In this document: piece after piece, positions 12,431 through 25,399 of the stretch
Layout: every line of letters starts with the position of its first letter
Numbering within the stretch: position 1 is the stretch's first letter
DNA from: Macrostomum lignano
Lineage: Eukaryota
Assembly: GCA_002269645.1 (NCBI GenBank)
Contig: NIVC01002003.1
Location: 150,041-214,040 of the forward strand
Length of the DNA stretch: 64,000 nucleotides
Reading direction: 5' to 3'
Notes under the pieces: generated by a model
Seen by the model: only the letters and a program-made list of their open reading frames with translations
Databases searched by the model: none
What the model was told of the DNA's origin: nothing
Position numbers and translations under genes: made by a program

Positions 12431-15400
12431 TTATGTAAGAATACAGAAGTGAACCCTCGAACACTGGCTAAGCTATATGTAGCACTAATGCTATAGTTTT
12501 ATGTCAAGTTTACAAAACTATAGTCTCCTAGTTATCTGATTACCCTTAGCATTCTAAGTACCACCACTTGTAAAAAGACGCAAGAATATAACATACGCAA
12601 CACGCGGTTAGCTAACAAATTTATGCGATTTAGTATCATAGAACGCCGCTATAGTACTTTAATATATTATGATGAGGACGCACTATTTTCCAAATCCCGC
12701 GCTAGCACATGGGCTCTAAACTTACTAGCCTACTAATAGTGGGCAATGGGCATTTTTATCTTTTTCTGCGAATTGTCATAGAATCTATACTAGATATAAT
12801 GTTTGGTCATACTAGTAGTCATAATAACATAGGCAAATCTTTTTGGGTCATAAATCATCGAAGCTGGTCTGACAGCCACCTGCGCCTCACTCAGTGTTGA
12901 GGCGGGCGCCAGATGGTCTGAGGGGATGCGAATGATAGCTTTTTTCTCATCATTTTTGACAGGCCATCAGATTTATGAGGTCAGAGCCTATTGTTCGGGT
13001 TCACTCAAGCGTGTGACAGCTTTGACAGCTATGCGTTTTACCCCTAAAAGTACTTTGGGATTAGCGACTAGCGGTTTCTCTTCATTATCTTCACTTTCTA
13101 CTTATTAAGAGCTTTCTAAGGTATATTTTTTCATTCATTTTTGTCAATTCTACGCGAAAAGTCATAAATCATTTTGTTGCGATTTTGATTGATTTATGGC
13201 CGCACCTGTCATATTTTTACGACCCTGTGGGAACTGATAGGATCTCCCGTTCACGTGATTTTGGGTGGCAACAAGCTCATCCAATCAGAAAATTCGACGC
13301 TCATTTTAACAAAACAGCTCAACCAATTAGAATCAACGTGTTCCATTATAACAAACTGTGGTCCAGTTGGCGGCTGTTTAAACCGGCGTTTTCGGCCCGC
13401 TCGGACCAACTCCTCCTGGGACCTTAGCCTAGATTGAGACATCCCGGAGCGCGACCGTCGTTTCTTGATCCCCGGATTGCGACCTCCCCCATCATCATCA
13501 AGGACGAGTCCCCCGGTCATCAGCAGCGAACATCAAAGTTAAGAGCATCACCTGCTAGCTATCTGCGAAGGTTGTGACATCAGCACCATCCCGGGTCTAC
13601 AGCTGCGAAGCACTAAGCCGATTCGGTCACTGTGGATTTCCTGTTCTCCGGCTGTTGAGTTTCTGATTGGTTGGGTGAGAGGCTGCCTAGACTTGCTTGA
13701 TTGGGTGATCCCTTATCTGTCCCCTGTTTCAGTAGCTGGATTAGGCGCACACTTTTGCTCATTTTGTTCAGTAGTGCTGTTACTGAGGCAGAAATCATTC
13801 AATAATACTGCTAGTAGTCCAAAGCTCCAATTTAATCTGAGGTGTGAAGTGATTCAAGAAGAAGGTTAAATCTGACAGTTATTTTTATCGGTTTTATTTC
13901 TTTGTTCGCCGATGGCTCAGATGAGTAGCTAAGCTAGTAGGCGCCGGTCACAGTGGACCAATGGCAAGGCAGTTCTCAGTCGATCAATCTATCAAATCAG
14001 TTAGCGAAGCTGCCAGGAGTGCAGAATCGGCGCCAGAGATGTACTTTGTGCACTCTAGGTTCGCCAAGCGGCTCGGGTAATGAATCATGCGGTCTCTGAT
14101 GTTCGAGTTAGTCTACCATCAGCGCTATGAGAGGCTAGTTGGCGCGTTAAAGGCCAAAAGTACAATTCCTCGTATTTGGCAATGTAATAGTACATGTAGC
14201 TACCCCATAGACTCGCCACTGCAAGAATCCCCTGCACAAGTCCCCTCTGTACCTGCATGGCCAATGCGATCACATGGACAACTAGTCTACTCTAGTTGTC
14301 CATGTGCGATCAAGTCCCAGCAGTGTCCCTTATCATCGGCTATGACTTCGAGATAGACAGCGAAAAGACACTAGTTGGCAGGTAAGTGCTAAGCCCCCTC
14401 TAGTCGGAAGCCCGATTTCGAAAGTTCCGGTTTGGTGAGCCAGGACGCACGGGCTGGTGGCAGCAAGTTAGTTGATCTGCGGATTAGCTGATCTCTACCT
14501 TCAAAATTCTCCCTGCTTGTCTCTCGCTGTCCCTCTCTTAGCTATAGGACCTAGGCTGCTCGCCACACGATCAAGCTACCATGGGGCTGACCATCTGACA
14601 GGAGTGGGGGGCCAGGACTCTAATTGATTTATTTCTGAGACCTGAGGCCCGAAGGCTTCCCCACACGGGGCCGAAAGGTCGAAACCCATCACTAGAAGAT
14701 ATTTCACCTTTCTAGACTTCTGAATTGCAAATCGAGAAAATACCAGCATTTTTTGTCAGTTTAAGCCTTTTCTCCACCAAAGTCCGTGTTAGACGTCCAT
14801 GACAAATGTTGTGTAGCCAAGACTTGATGTTTCGTTGTAGTTGTAGGTGCGCACAGTTGCTTTGTTTATATTTTAGTCCCCTTAGAATAACTACACGATC
14901 GCTAAATTAAAGAATCAGAGATGTCACGTGATCAACAATACATTATACAGATAATTTATCAATTACTCTACTGAAAGTGGCAGTATAAGTAAAATACAAG
15001 AATAATATTAATATAGTTAGCATTTACGTTATACCATACTTTTAGTAAAAATATCAGCGTAACAATATTATCATTAAATTGACCCGTCAAATTTTACGAC
15101 ACAACAATCAAACAACAAACGGAATGTTTTTTTACACGATGGCGAATTTTAATACCATGTACTTTACCCAGTCATTATATTTTGATGCAAATATAATGTT
15201 TAAGATACTATTTTTTGCTTTTGTTTTCATTTCATGCAATTAATTAGAATGAGAAAAGTCTTTAACTGCGCGTTAGAAGTGTAGAATGTAAAATTACCAG
15301 ATTAAAGTGCCTTAAATTAGGCGCCACAATGTGTAAAACATTATAAATTTAAAAAAAACAAGCTGATTTAAAAACAAAGTAACCCCTGTACTTTAAAAAA

Positions 15401-16399
15401 ATCTTATGTTTTATTTTACTAATTACAAGTTTAAAAATTATTCGATAATAAGCAAAGTTGGTGCCGGTACTTCGTTTATCTTCATAATTCGCTATTTTAT
15501 ATTAAAGCTTTGTTACAATATGCTTCTATTTTTAAGTTTCCACAGTCTTAATTATCAGTTGCTTGATTCTAAACGTGACACATTGATTCAATAAGGTTTC
15601 TTGTCTTCAGTCACGAACAAATTATGTATGCAAAAATCGGTCTAAAAGTTTTGAGGATGACTGCATCTGTATTTTCAAGCCGCCGTAACAAAGTTAATTT
15701 ATTTAAAGTTGTAATAGTTTTGTTTGAACGAGCACCTTTTTGTTTTATTCACCTGTTGTTTTAATGATCTACCCCATACCCAACCTTCGCATGATTATAA
15801 ATAGACGGTGTTCCTCCCCCCGACTCTCTCAGGAGTCTGGTTTAAAATATAAGCCAAGTCTTGCAACCGACTCAGTCATTTTAGAATAATAGAAAACCCG
15901 CGCTGGCAGCAAAGAAAATCGAAGGATCAGAATAATTCGCTCAAGGTAGCAAATTAAAGGTGGAAAACCTTTGGTCATTGTAACTTGGAGTGTGAGATGT
16001 CCATCCCAGCCTGGAAAAATAGAACTGTTGGCTAGAGAATCAGAGAATATAAAATGGAATGTGGTCGGGATAACTGTCAACTTGGTAACTCGTCAACTGT
16101 CAAGCTGAGACTTTCATTCCAAACAGTAGAACATACTTTGACCCGGAGAAGCTGAAGGACAAGAACATTAAAAACAAATTCCAGAGCCAACTTGCATCGA
16201 GATTTGCGGCTCTGCTACTACTCGCAGAAGACCAGCAGCAGCCACAAAGTTAGTGAGATGAATTCAAAAATGGCAAAACGAAAGCAGCAGATAAAGTTCT
16301 GAGAAACCGCTAAAAAAATCAGAAAGCCATGAATTACCAAAGAGGTCCTCGATAGCTGTGACAGGCGACGGGAGCTACGAAGCAAAAGACATGAGGGGG

Positions 16400-16672
16400 G
16401 ATAGAGGGGACATGTCCCCCCCTCCCAGTAAAAGCTATGGGGGGTTGGACATGCCAACGCTTGTCCCCCCACCTTACCTTGTGAGTCGTTGTGGTAGTCA
16501 ATATTTTTTCTTCAGGGCGCCAAGGCGTCAAAAAATTGCCCTAGGCGCCAAAATGAGCGCTGAAAACACGATTCTCAAAATAATGCAATTTTTTAAATTT
16601 AATCATGTACACGTTGGATTCTTGGTTTTGCCCCCCCACCATAAAATCCATGGCGACGCCCCTGGATGCGTC
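16400..16672. mobile_element. Short non-autonomous repeat inside RTE copy 2; related copy at about 28240-28470
   Basis: Shared ends agtaaaagctatg and ccccaccataaaatccat(g/a)gcgacgc at both sites. Confidence 0.45.
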
Positions 16673-16778
16673 CCATCACCTACTCTCTCTGCAATCTTTT
16701 CCTGGAACGGATAATGACAAAACCCATGGAGGAACTGGATGAGGTCGGAATCAGCTGCGGAGGAATGAATATCAACAA

Positions 16779-17713
16779 TGTAGTGAGCCGCTAGTTGTGT
16801 TTGGCGTCCCCCTTTGTCAGCAGTCTCCCTCGCCCTCGCCCTGGGTTGCTGTCTGCCGCTGGTTAGCTTCCCGCCCCCCTGGCCTGTCTGTTGCTGCCTT
16901 TGGCCTGTTCTGCCCTTCTGCGTCTCTGTTCTCAGCCCTCAGCTTCTCTGCTGTAGGCTGTCTCTGTTCCGTTCCCGTCCCGTTTTCCTCTGTCTTGTGA
17001 GCAAGTCACATGACAGATCTTGCGTTCTTGGAGTCTTAAAGTGCAGTAAAAATGTTTACTACACTCGCTGGTCCTGCTTACCGGGAGAATCACGTGCTTT
17101 CGGATCCCTCCCTTCTCTAAGGAGAGGAGTGACTCATGTTGCTAAAAATAGCAACTGAGTCACAGCCGCGTGTACTCTGGCCGGAGACCTCAAGTGACGT
17201 CAGTTCTAAAAATAGAACGAGTCACGAAGTCTTGTGCGCGGGAGAATCCCGGCTATAAATAGGACCCCTCTCCCCCTTGTTTCCGTCAAGGAGCTTCCAG
17301 TTTTCTGACTGAGTTTCTTGTTTCTCGAGCTTCCGAGCCCGAGTGTCTGTACTGACCGCACGTCTGCGTACTTTGAGTTCTCTGCTATTGGTCTGTCTGA
17401 GACCCTACTAAAGCAAACCTTAAGCCTACGAGAGGCTAACTCAGCCCTCCCTGTACCAACCAAGCCCGGCAGGTGCTGCTGACGAGACGCCTTGTTACGT
17501 TGAACTGCAAATCTGCACCCGGTGCTGAGTTCGTTGACTTCGTTATTTCGTTCCGACGGGAAGCTCACCTCATCGAAGGCCGAGACCTGAAGGAACTGGT
17601 GGCAGCACCACCTACGCTACTAAGAGTTGAGAAGGCTTCCGAGTGAGAAGACGGAGAGCCCAAGTCACTGCGCTGGACAGCAGGAGAAACCCGAGACAAC
17701 CATAAGTACTTCA
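16779..17713 (+). mobile_element. Solo LTR (935 bp) of the family of the gypsy element at 47-55 kb
   Basis: TGTAG...TTCA termini, perfect 4-bp TSD ACAA (16775-16778 and 17714-17717) splitting the RTE RT sequence; collinear with the reverse complement of 54151-55144. Confidence 0.92.
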
Positions 17714-20559
17714 ACAACTTGCGGTTTTCAGACGGCAGCCGGCTCAATGTCAAGGTTTGATGAACTTTGGCGGCTCCGTGGAGTCGGTTTTGAAGAATCA
17801 GCTCAAGTTCACAAAGGCGGTCACCTAAGCAACGCTGCTCTATGGGTGCAAGAGCTGGACCCTGGGGAAGAAAATTATGCTGACACTCAAAGCGTTTGGA
17901 GTAAAATGTTACAGAAGAATGCTAAGGATTTCATGGAAAGAGAAAAAGACAAATGCCTGAGTCTGGCGAAAAGTTAAAGAGGTGGAACCTGATTCTGTGG
18001 AGGGGATCATCAAGTGGAGGAAGCTCAAATATTACGGAAATCAGACGAGGAAGGGAGCCATGGCAAATGCTTGTGTTCAAGGAGAAGTGGAAGGTGAAGG
18101 AAGAAGAGGAAGACCGAAAAAGCAGTGGGAGGATGACCTGAAAGAATGGACCGGATGGACAATGGCAGTGTTGGAGAAGCTTGGGCATGAATAGGTGATA
18201 GGACTTGGTGAACCAGTAGAATATATATACGAGTAATAAGAAAATATTTCAGATGGCCAAAATGTACAGTGTCTTACCACTCGGGCACTGCTCAGTCTCT
18301 ACCAGCATATCTGTATACACATTGGAGAGGCTCTAATGGAATAAAAACACAGCTTAAAAGCTATTTGGAGGCTTTAAATTGCTATTCACTGGGCAGAGTT
18401 ATACTATTAAAAGATTTCTCTCAAATTATTTGTTTTAGTATATTAGTTGGGAAGGAAGGAATGCCTATAGCTATTAAGAGGGAATGTTAGGGGTTCCCAA
18501 ATTCATACGGGTTGAATTCATGCAGCAAGAACTGGCTCTATGCTTAGCCATCGACTTTAATGAGCAATCCTGCTGCAGCTTCACTGGATGAAGCTGGCAG
18601 TTGACAGGTGGGTAATGAGATTAGTGAGCTGACAACAAGTTGCGACTTATTCTCATTCATACTGAGCAGTTTGCAGCGAGAGGTAGAAACGCCTCAGCTT
18701 TAAAAATAAGTCCTCACTTGTTGATTTCAGATCTACCCCGGTGACTACTAGTAAAGAGTTCGTGAAGCTGTTCCGTTTAATCTCCTTAGTATCCATAGAC
18801 TACATGGACCGTTTCTGGCCGTTCCTTTCGAGATCGCCGTGGTTTCGCTGAAGAAATGCTATAATAAAGACTAAAGTTCGCAGATAGGGTTCTGCAGCTA
18901 GAAGATATATGCACAACTAAATAAGCAGAATGCTACACTTGAAAAATTGAGTAGCTAGATAGATATAGGAATGTACTAACTTTTAGCACCATAATAACAA
19001 TATACGAGCTATCTACTGTAATTTCCTGGACTTTCGATTTCCACGATTGACCACGATATATACATGTATAATGCGCGAAAATGATGTTTACCACCCTCCG
19101 TCTCGAAATGTCGGGTTACCCGATCTACTTCTTCGAGGTAGAAATCATGAGAGCTTGAGGGGGGGGGTGACATAAACATCATTAAAAGATAAAATTTTGG
19201 GATATTGGGAGCATAACATAACATTACTATCGCTCCTATTCTTTATATAAACATAAAAAGAGCGTTTATCATTGTCACCTCGTCATTTAAGCATAATTAA
19301 AGCTTCATGCTCAATTCTGGAGCTTTAAATTAAGTTCACATGAAATCCCGATTTATTCCATTTCTCCCCATAAAGATCCCTTGCAAATGCTAAAGTGGTC
19401 GGGTTGTAGCGTAAAGCATCAATTTTAGAAAGTACGTATCGCGCAATATTTATTTTTAGAAATTAGAATCTTCGAGAAATTACTTTTTTTGTAGTGCAAG
19501 TTAAAGTTCATTCCAGAAATTTCCTTTAGTTTAATCAAATGTTAGTTTTACTTCTAAATATTAAGTATAAAATTTATTGTTGTCATATTTATTAATGCAT
19601 TTGTACAGCAGTGCTACGTAATAGCATTTAGAATATTTATTTTTGTTTTAACTAACGAAACTTCTAGAAATTTCCGGTTATACTCAGTTCAGTACTATAA
19701 ATAAACGTAACCTAAGTATTTCAACTCTTTAAGTGATTCTTTTCATTCAGCAAACACAGAACCACCGCCTTTGCTCTTTATCTGCATTTCGACATTTTCG
19801 ACATTACGGGAGCTTTTTGGCTCCAAATGAAAAGATTGGCGAAGAGAGAGATCAGGACCGAATATTTCTATTTTGACTTTTAAGTTCACATCCCCTTTCA
19901 GTTGCAGGTGCACCGACCGCGGACTGGCGGGCCGCCACAATACTGTAAAAGCGATTTTTTTTAGTTTTGCGTCTACTGTATCTATGCTGAGGACAGCAGC
20001 CTACAAAGCATCAAGTTACGACGAGACGGATATAGATAGGATTGGGAAGAGGCGGGACTATACTGCTGCAAAGCCGGAAAGCACAGTCGTCTCAAATTGC
20101 TCACACTGTCATCGTCTGATCGGCAACACCTCGACAGGCCCCTTTGATAAACTGTTTCACCACCTCTTCTCTCTGTTCTGCGTCCATATTGGGAAATGCG
20201 CCAGTAGGCGATTTGCTCAATAAGTACAACGGCAAAGGCGTCGGTCCGTTCCTTTTCGATACTGCATCCGAGAAAAGAAAGATGTACTAAAATGGAAAAC
20301 TGTGCGTGTCTATGTTTGTGAACTGCACAAAGTCTGATGATTGGTTAATGGGTCAATTTTCACTGGGCTTATGCCATTAGCTACACAGTTTTAACGCTGT
20401 TGATACTAAGCGCATGAAAAGGTGAAAAAACTGGTATTTTCCCAATCTACGAGTATGCCCTTTGTAAAAATTCACTTGTTAGTCAGACTTTTACATTTCC
20501 AAGCACCTCCATGACTAAACGTGAGCGCAAGAGAGCAGAAGTTAAAGTAGCGAGGCTAA

Positions 20560-20830
20560 TTAAGCAACGCCGTCAACGAGCCGTAGATGGTTCTCTGAAA
20601 ATGAAGACGAACAAAATTTCAGACTGACGTCAATGCTCGCGCTATTCAGAGACGCTTTAACGAGACGCTTTCCATAAGGCAGCATCGCATGGACGCCTGC
20701 AGAAAGCCGTGCTGCTGAGACCCCTGCTGCTAGGCACAAACGCCTGGACGCCAATGGAGAGGGTGTAATGCAGAAAGTCGTACTAAAACTATAGAATCAG
20801 GAGCAGATAGACGAGTAAAAAGGGTGTTTG
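20560..20830 (+). mobile_element. Possible decayed RTE ORF2 C-terminal fragment
   Basis: LRPLLLGTNAWT resembles the RTE 'VLLYGSETW' block; very degenerate. Confidence 0.3.
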
Positions 20831-21320
20831 AATCGATAGGGTGTGTCATCGTTGCGCAATTCGAATGCACTTTGTATAATGAGAGTACGAAGTTTGCCTG
20901 CCGAAGTTTGCTTGCGGCAATTTTGCTTCTTGAATTTGCTCGCCGGTTTCTCAAAATGTTTCTCAAAATGAGCGTACGAGTAATTGAAATGCTGCTGTAA
21001 ACTAAAAATTGGGTGTCCTAAATTCAGTTCTGTATGTATGTCTTAACACCTGTTTGGCACTTTTGACATCCACAATCATATTTTTATTGTTAAATACTTC
21101 TAACTTCTACATAATACGCCGTTAGCACCAAATTATGAAGTCAATGAGTTGGAAATATTGCAAACAAAAAAATATAATTCAAGAAATTTGACGAATTTAT
21201 TTTGTAACATATGAAGGGGCCTTTAGGGATGGATGACAAACTGAAACGAATTAGAGAACTTTTAGCACGAATGATGGTGAATAAAAGGCATGGATGAATA
21301 TTATAACTGATTTGCTACAA

Positions 21321-21605
21321 CCTCCAAGCTCCAATATCTCCCAGCTCCAATATCTCCCAGCTCCAATATCTCCCAGCTCCAATATCTCCCAGCTCCAATA
21401 TCTCCCAGCTCCAATATCTCCCAGCTCCAATATCTCCCAGCTCCAATATCTCTCAGCTCCAATATCTCCCAGCTCCAATATCTCCCAGCTCCAATATCTC
21501 CCAGCTCCAATATCTCCCAGCTCCAATATCTCCAAGCTCCAATATCTCCCAGCTCCAATATCTCCCAGCTCCAATATCTCCCAGCTCCAATATCTCCAAG
21601 CTCCA
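21321..21605. repeat. 16-bp tandem repeat (ctccaatatctcccag), about 17 units
   Basis: Direct reading; it explains the repeating WEILELGDIGAGRYWS pseudo-ORFs. Confidence 0.95.
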
Positions 21606-21884
21606 AGTTTTTAGCTGCACATTCTAAAACCTGATTCGGAAAGTAGGTTGTAGTGCTTAAACATTTTAAAACACTTTACATTTATCTCAAACTTTAAACT
21701 TTCAAACTTTAATTAAATTGACTACAAATTAAATTACCTTAATAGATCACTATAAATTTTAGCTGTGAAAAGTTTTAGAAGATTTGATTGAAGGTTTTCG
21801 TCTTCTGAGAAGACGCTTCCTGGATACGTCATACAGTTTGTTTTTAATAGATTGTTTCTCAAAACATTTCTATGTTGTCAAGCA

Positions 21885-23668
21885 TCAGTCGCAGCTGGCT
21901 GACACGAACCTCACAGACACGAAGCCGTGATCGCCAGTCCAGCTGCTGCCGGAAACGCAGCCGCCCGAGCAGAATGAGCCACCGCCGCCGCCGCTGTGGT
22001 AGTGACCGCCACCCGCGCCACCCCCGCTGAAGCCGCCGCCTCCGCCGGCAGCCCCGCCTTTCGAGCCGCGCATGCAGCCGCAGCCGCCACCGCCACCGAA
22101 ACCGCCGTGGCAGGCGCTGCCACCACCGGCGCGGCCGCCGACCCAGCCTTGGGCCCGACTGCCGCCTCGCTGCCCGTCCCAGGAGCTCCGCCTCCGCTTG
22201 GCGGCCCTGCCAAGCCAGCCGGCGCCGCAGCCGCCGTGGTTGGAGTTTCGTGCCGTGCGCCCTGGATTGTTGGAGCCGGGCTGGCCGTTGATGCCGCCGG
22301 AGCCTTTTCTCTTCTTATTTCCTTTGCTGTCCGAGCCGGCAGTTCCGGTCCGTCCTGGTCTTCCTGCGATGAAATTGTTATGGCTCAATGCTTAGTCGTT
22401 GGGGTGATATTTGGGGAGTTGCTGAGATGCTTTGAGTCAATTTGGGAGTTGCTGAGATGCTTTGAGTCAATTTGGGAGTTGCTGAGATGCTTTGAGTCAA
22501 TTTGGGAGTTGCTGAGATGCTTTGAGTCAATTTGGGAGTTGCTGAGATGCTTTGAGTCAATTTGGGAGTTGCTGAGATGCTTTGAGTCAATTTGGGAGTT
22601 GCTGAGATGCTTTGAGTCAATTTAAGAGTTGTTGAGATGCTTTGAGTCAATTTGGGAGTTGCTGAGATGCTTTGAGTCAATTTGGGAGTTGCTGAGATAC
22701 TTTGGCTTAGTGGGACGTTGCTGAGATGCCTTGAGTCAACAAACTTCGTTCTAAAATCAACGACTCAAGTCCTCCTTGCTCACCATTCCTTGGAATCGCA
22801 GCGCCACCGCCACCGCCAGCAGCCAGCAGCGGCAGCCGGTCGCCCGTCCGGTACACGAAGCTGCCGCCGCCTCCACCGCCTCCTTCTTCACTCCGAGAGG
22901 TCGAGCCGCCCGCCTGGCCGACAACGATGCTCAGCCGGGTGCCGGCTTTCAGGCTGACTCTGGCGCTCACCTGGGCTCCCTGGCCTCCGTGAGTGCCCGT
23001 CTTGGTGTTGCTACCACCTCTGGCACCGGCAGCTTTGATCAGGTAGCAGCCGCTTGTTGCAATCAGGAGGCTTTGGATTGAGCCAGCTCTTCCCGTGCGG
23101 CTGTCTACAATTGGGACAACATTGGTGGTTGATCAACTGCATTGAAAAACACCGCCAGTTTTGGTGTCCGTGTCATGCCATGCGACGAACTTACTCTTAA
23201 ATTTCACTTCAGTAATGGTCCGATCACTTCCAGTTGCCTTCCAAATCTTTGCACCGGTCTGAGTACCCAGGACAGTCAGTGAGAAGCTTTCAGTATTCGA
23301 TGGAACCGCAGACCTGATGGTGGAAATCTCGCATCTGGCCTGACTCTTCATTGAGACTGCGATTGCGCAGTCAAATTTCTGGCACTTTGCCAGGCAGTCA
23401 GCGTCCGACCTCGCGGTGGTGACCATGGTAGCATTGTTGTAGACTCGTTCAGCTGCCTTTGAAAGCAACATCTGCGGCTCGGGGCACTTCAGGTACTTGT
23501 GGACAGAGCTGCGCTGAGCATTGCATAGGGAACTGCAGACAACTGTAATTGGAGAGCTGAGAAAACAGTAGTTCTTAAATTGTACTTGCTAATCCCACAT
23601 TGCATAAACTATATTCATCCTGCAGATCGAGGATTAAACAATACATTACGGAGATGGAAGGCTTTCAT
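21885..23668 (-). CDS. Secreted PAN/apple-like + ALK/LTK-type glycine-rich domain protein; proposed exons 23668-23650 (uncertain), 23542-23195, 23104-22784, 22363-21885, 388 aa predicted
   Basis: TARSDADCLAKC...DC...RC PAN pattern; GSIQ...SGCYLIKAAGARGG, LSIVVGQAG, GGGGGGSFV, LLAAGGGGG, GGFGGGGG, GGGGGFSGG, GGGGGSF, HGFVSV are the glycine-rich-domain blocks. Phase-1 introns A|GTAAGT...tgtag|AC and G|GTGAGC...cgcag|GA keep the frame. The first exon is a guess. Confidence 0.75.
22417..22737. repeat. 30-bp tandem repeat (gggagttgctgagatgctttgagtcaattt), about 10 units, intronic
   Basis: Direct reading; lies within the predicted intron 22783-22364. Confidence 0.95.
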
Positions 23669-25399
23669 TGTATCAGCAAAGAATTTTAATTTCTTTTGAT
23701 AGCAGGCAGACCCAATGTTCGATCATATTTTGATACGTGTTGCCTCTGTTATAGCTCTATTGGTAGTCATAGAGCTTAATTTCGTTTCGAAAATAACAAA
23801 ACCTTGGTTAAAATTAGCCATGTTTTTACATTATTTGCTTCAATTTAAGTGGAGCATTAATTTACATATTCTCAATAATTAACCAATTCAAGGCTATTAA
23901 AAGCAAAAAAGTCTTACCAATTGACAGGATTTGAAATAAATTTATACGCATATTTAACAGCGGAACAGTCAAATTATTTAGAATGCTTGTAGCTCTCCGT
24001 TCAAGAATTAAGAGTAGTTTATAACTAAGCTGAGCACTGAACTCGCCTGGCAAACTCTTTCTGGTTCGGTGTTAAATATCAGAGTTTGCAGTTGCCAAGA
24101 TGAATGTTTACATGTCGCACCAACCCGCGCGATGCCGGAGGCAAACTCGATCTCAACAGTTAAACTGGTTGCTGGATGTCGATTTCTTAGTTGAGTTTCA
24201 CGACCGAATCTGAATACCGTTCAAATAATCAAGCCAAAATAAATCTAACGGAATTTGAACAGATTTCGCCACATTTCAGGAGATAAAGCTGCGTGGGTCT
24301 CAACTGCGCAGTGTACAGATCAGGTTCCACAAAGTAAATATAGAGTGTGGGAATTGACAAACGTCAGCCTGGTGATGGAATACAAAAAACACTTTTTCTA
24401 GGAACAAACCTGACTTGTCTAATTTCGAGAAATTTCGCATGTGCTTATGGCAAATAGTGTGATTTCATTTCACGAAAGCGAAAGTTTTGCAATAACTTTT
24501 CGAATGTTTTCCAGTGCAGAAAAGGCGATCTAGACGTTTTTGGTAGCAATCGGCCCTTCGGCCCGGGATCTGAGTTCGATTCAAACCCAAATGAGGGCCA
24601 CGAAAGAGATTCAAACGATTAGAGAGAGTCAAGGCCTCTGTACACCTGTTGTGAGCCGTACATACGAGAGTGCGCGGCTGCATACATACAGTATCCGCAC
24701 GCTTCTACGGGTATGCTCAGGAGTTAGCGGAACCCTCCGGCAATTATGTTTCTTATTGTTATTATTACCATGACAGCAACTAGCTGTAATGATATTATGT
24801 TAGGGAGTATATTTGAGATAGGACTGGCAGTAGACACCAATAGATGGAGCTGCGCAGTGTTATCCGAACATGGTGGAGGTGCAGTAGACATGTGGACTTT
24901 TGAATTCTTACAAAAAAGTCCTAAGTGCTTTATGAAGGCATTGAAATTAAGTACATGTACGAGTACAGGCCACCCTAAAAACCTGTTTCGACGTTTTAAG
25001 AGTACTCAGATCTTTTATGAGGACAGGGTAAGACTAATTCACCATGCAGTTATTTCTGGACACAGATAATGCAGGACGCATCAGGGATTCCACTGGGAAC
25101 GGCTGACTCAGGGAAAAAAGTTTATGAACATGCGTATAAGCCTGGCAACTCTGATATTTCTACTCTTTTGCTCATCAGACATCCACTCCCCTTCTTCCCA
25201 CTCTTTGATCAATGCCACAATGCCAGAATAAATTTTACTAATGGCTAATTATTATCGTCTAACCAACGTTACTATTCGTAATGATTCGAGCAAATTGCCT
25301 CCCCTTCCCCCAATTCCAAAAACGGGTCGTGAGGGCCATGCTCCCAATGGTGCTTCGTGCGTACAACGCGTCAGAGCAGCTGATTTCCGCCATCATGGC

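Larger units (their letters stand above)
15870..18210 (+). mobile_element. Degenerate RTE LINE, copy 2 (same insertion as copy 1, more deleted, with nested insertions)
   Basis: Reverse complement of copy 1 segments; C-terminal IIKWRKLKYYGNQTRK...VEGEGRRGRPKKQWEDDLKEWTG typical of RTE ORF2. Confidence 0.8.
15120..18725 (+). repeat. Diverged inverted segmental duplicate of about 935-4430, followed by an inverted copy of about 6425-6730
   Basis: Unique non-coding flanks on both sides of the RTE align in reverse complement, e.g. 3870-3990 with 15560-15670, 3430-3630 with 15675-15875, 940-1130 with 18260-18450, and 6600-6710 with 18505-18600. Confidence 0.85.

Noticed and set aside
12430-14620. 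Apparent excess of TAG/CTA suggesting a RIP-like or CWG-context hypermutation
   Set aside because: Impression only; I cannot count it against a background or a consensus, and the paired repeat copies in this window do not show an obvious directional bias.
17475-17515. CTGACGA...GAAC in the solo LTR as a hammerhead ribozyme
   Set aside because: GAAA is absent and the homologous LTR copy does not conserve the downstream part.
19873-20300. Exon-like ORF fragment, possibly transposon-derived
   Set aside because: No motif strong enough to assign; frames are broken.
21321-22737. CRISPR-like appearance of regular short repeats
   Set aside because: Units are contiguous with no unique spacers, no cas genes are present, and the context is eukaryotic.
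23133-23135. In-frame TGA between the PAN and glycine-rich regions (possible selenocysteine or readthrough)
   Set aside because: It falls inside a 90-nt canonical intron (A|GTAAGT at 23194 to TGTAG| at 23105) whose removal preserves the frame.
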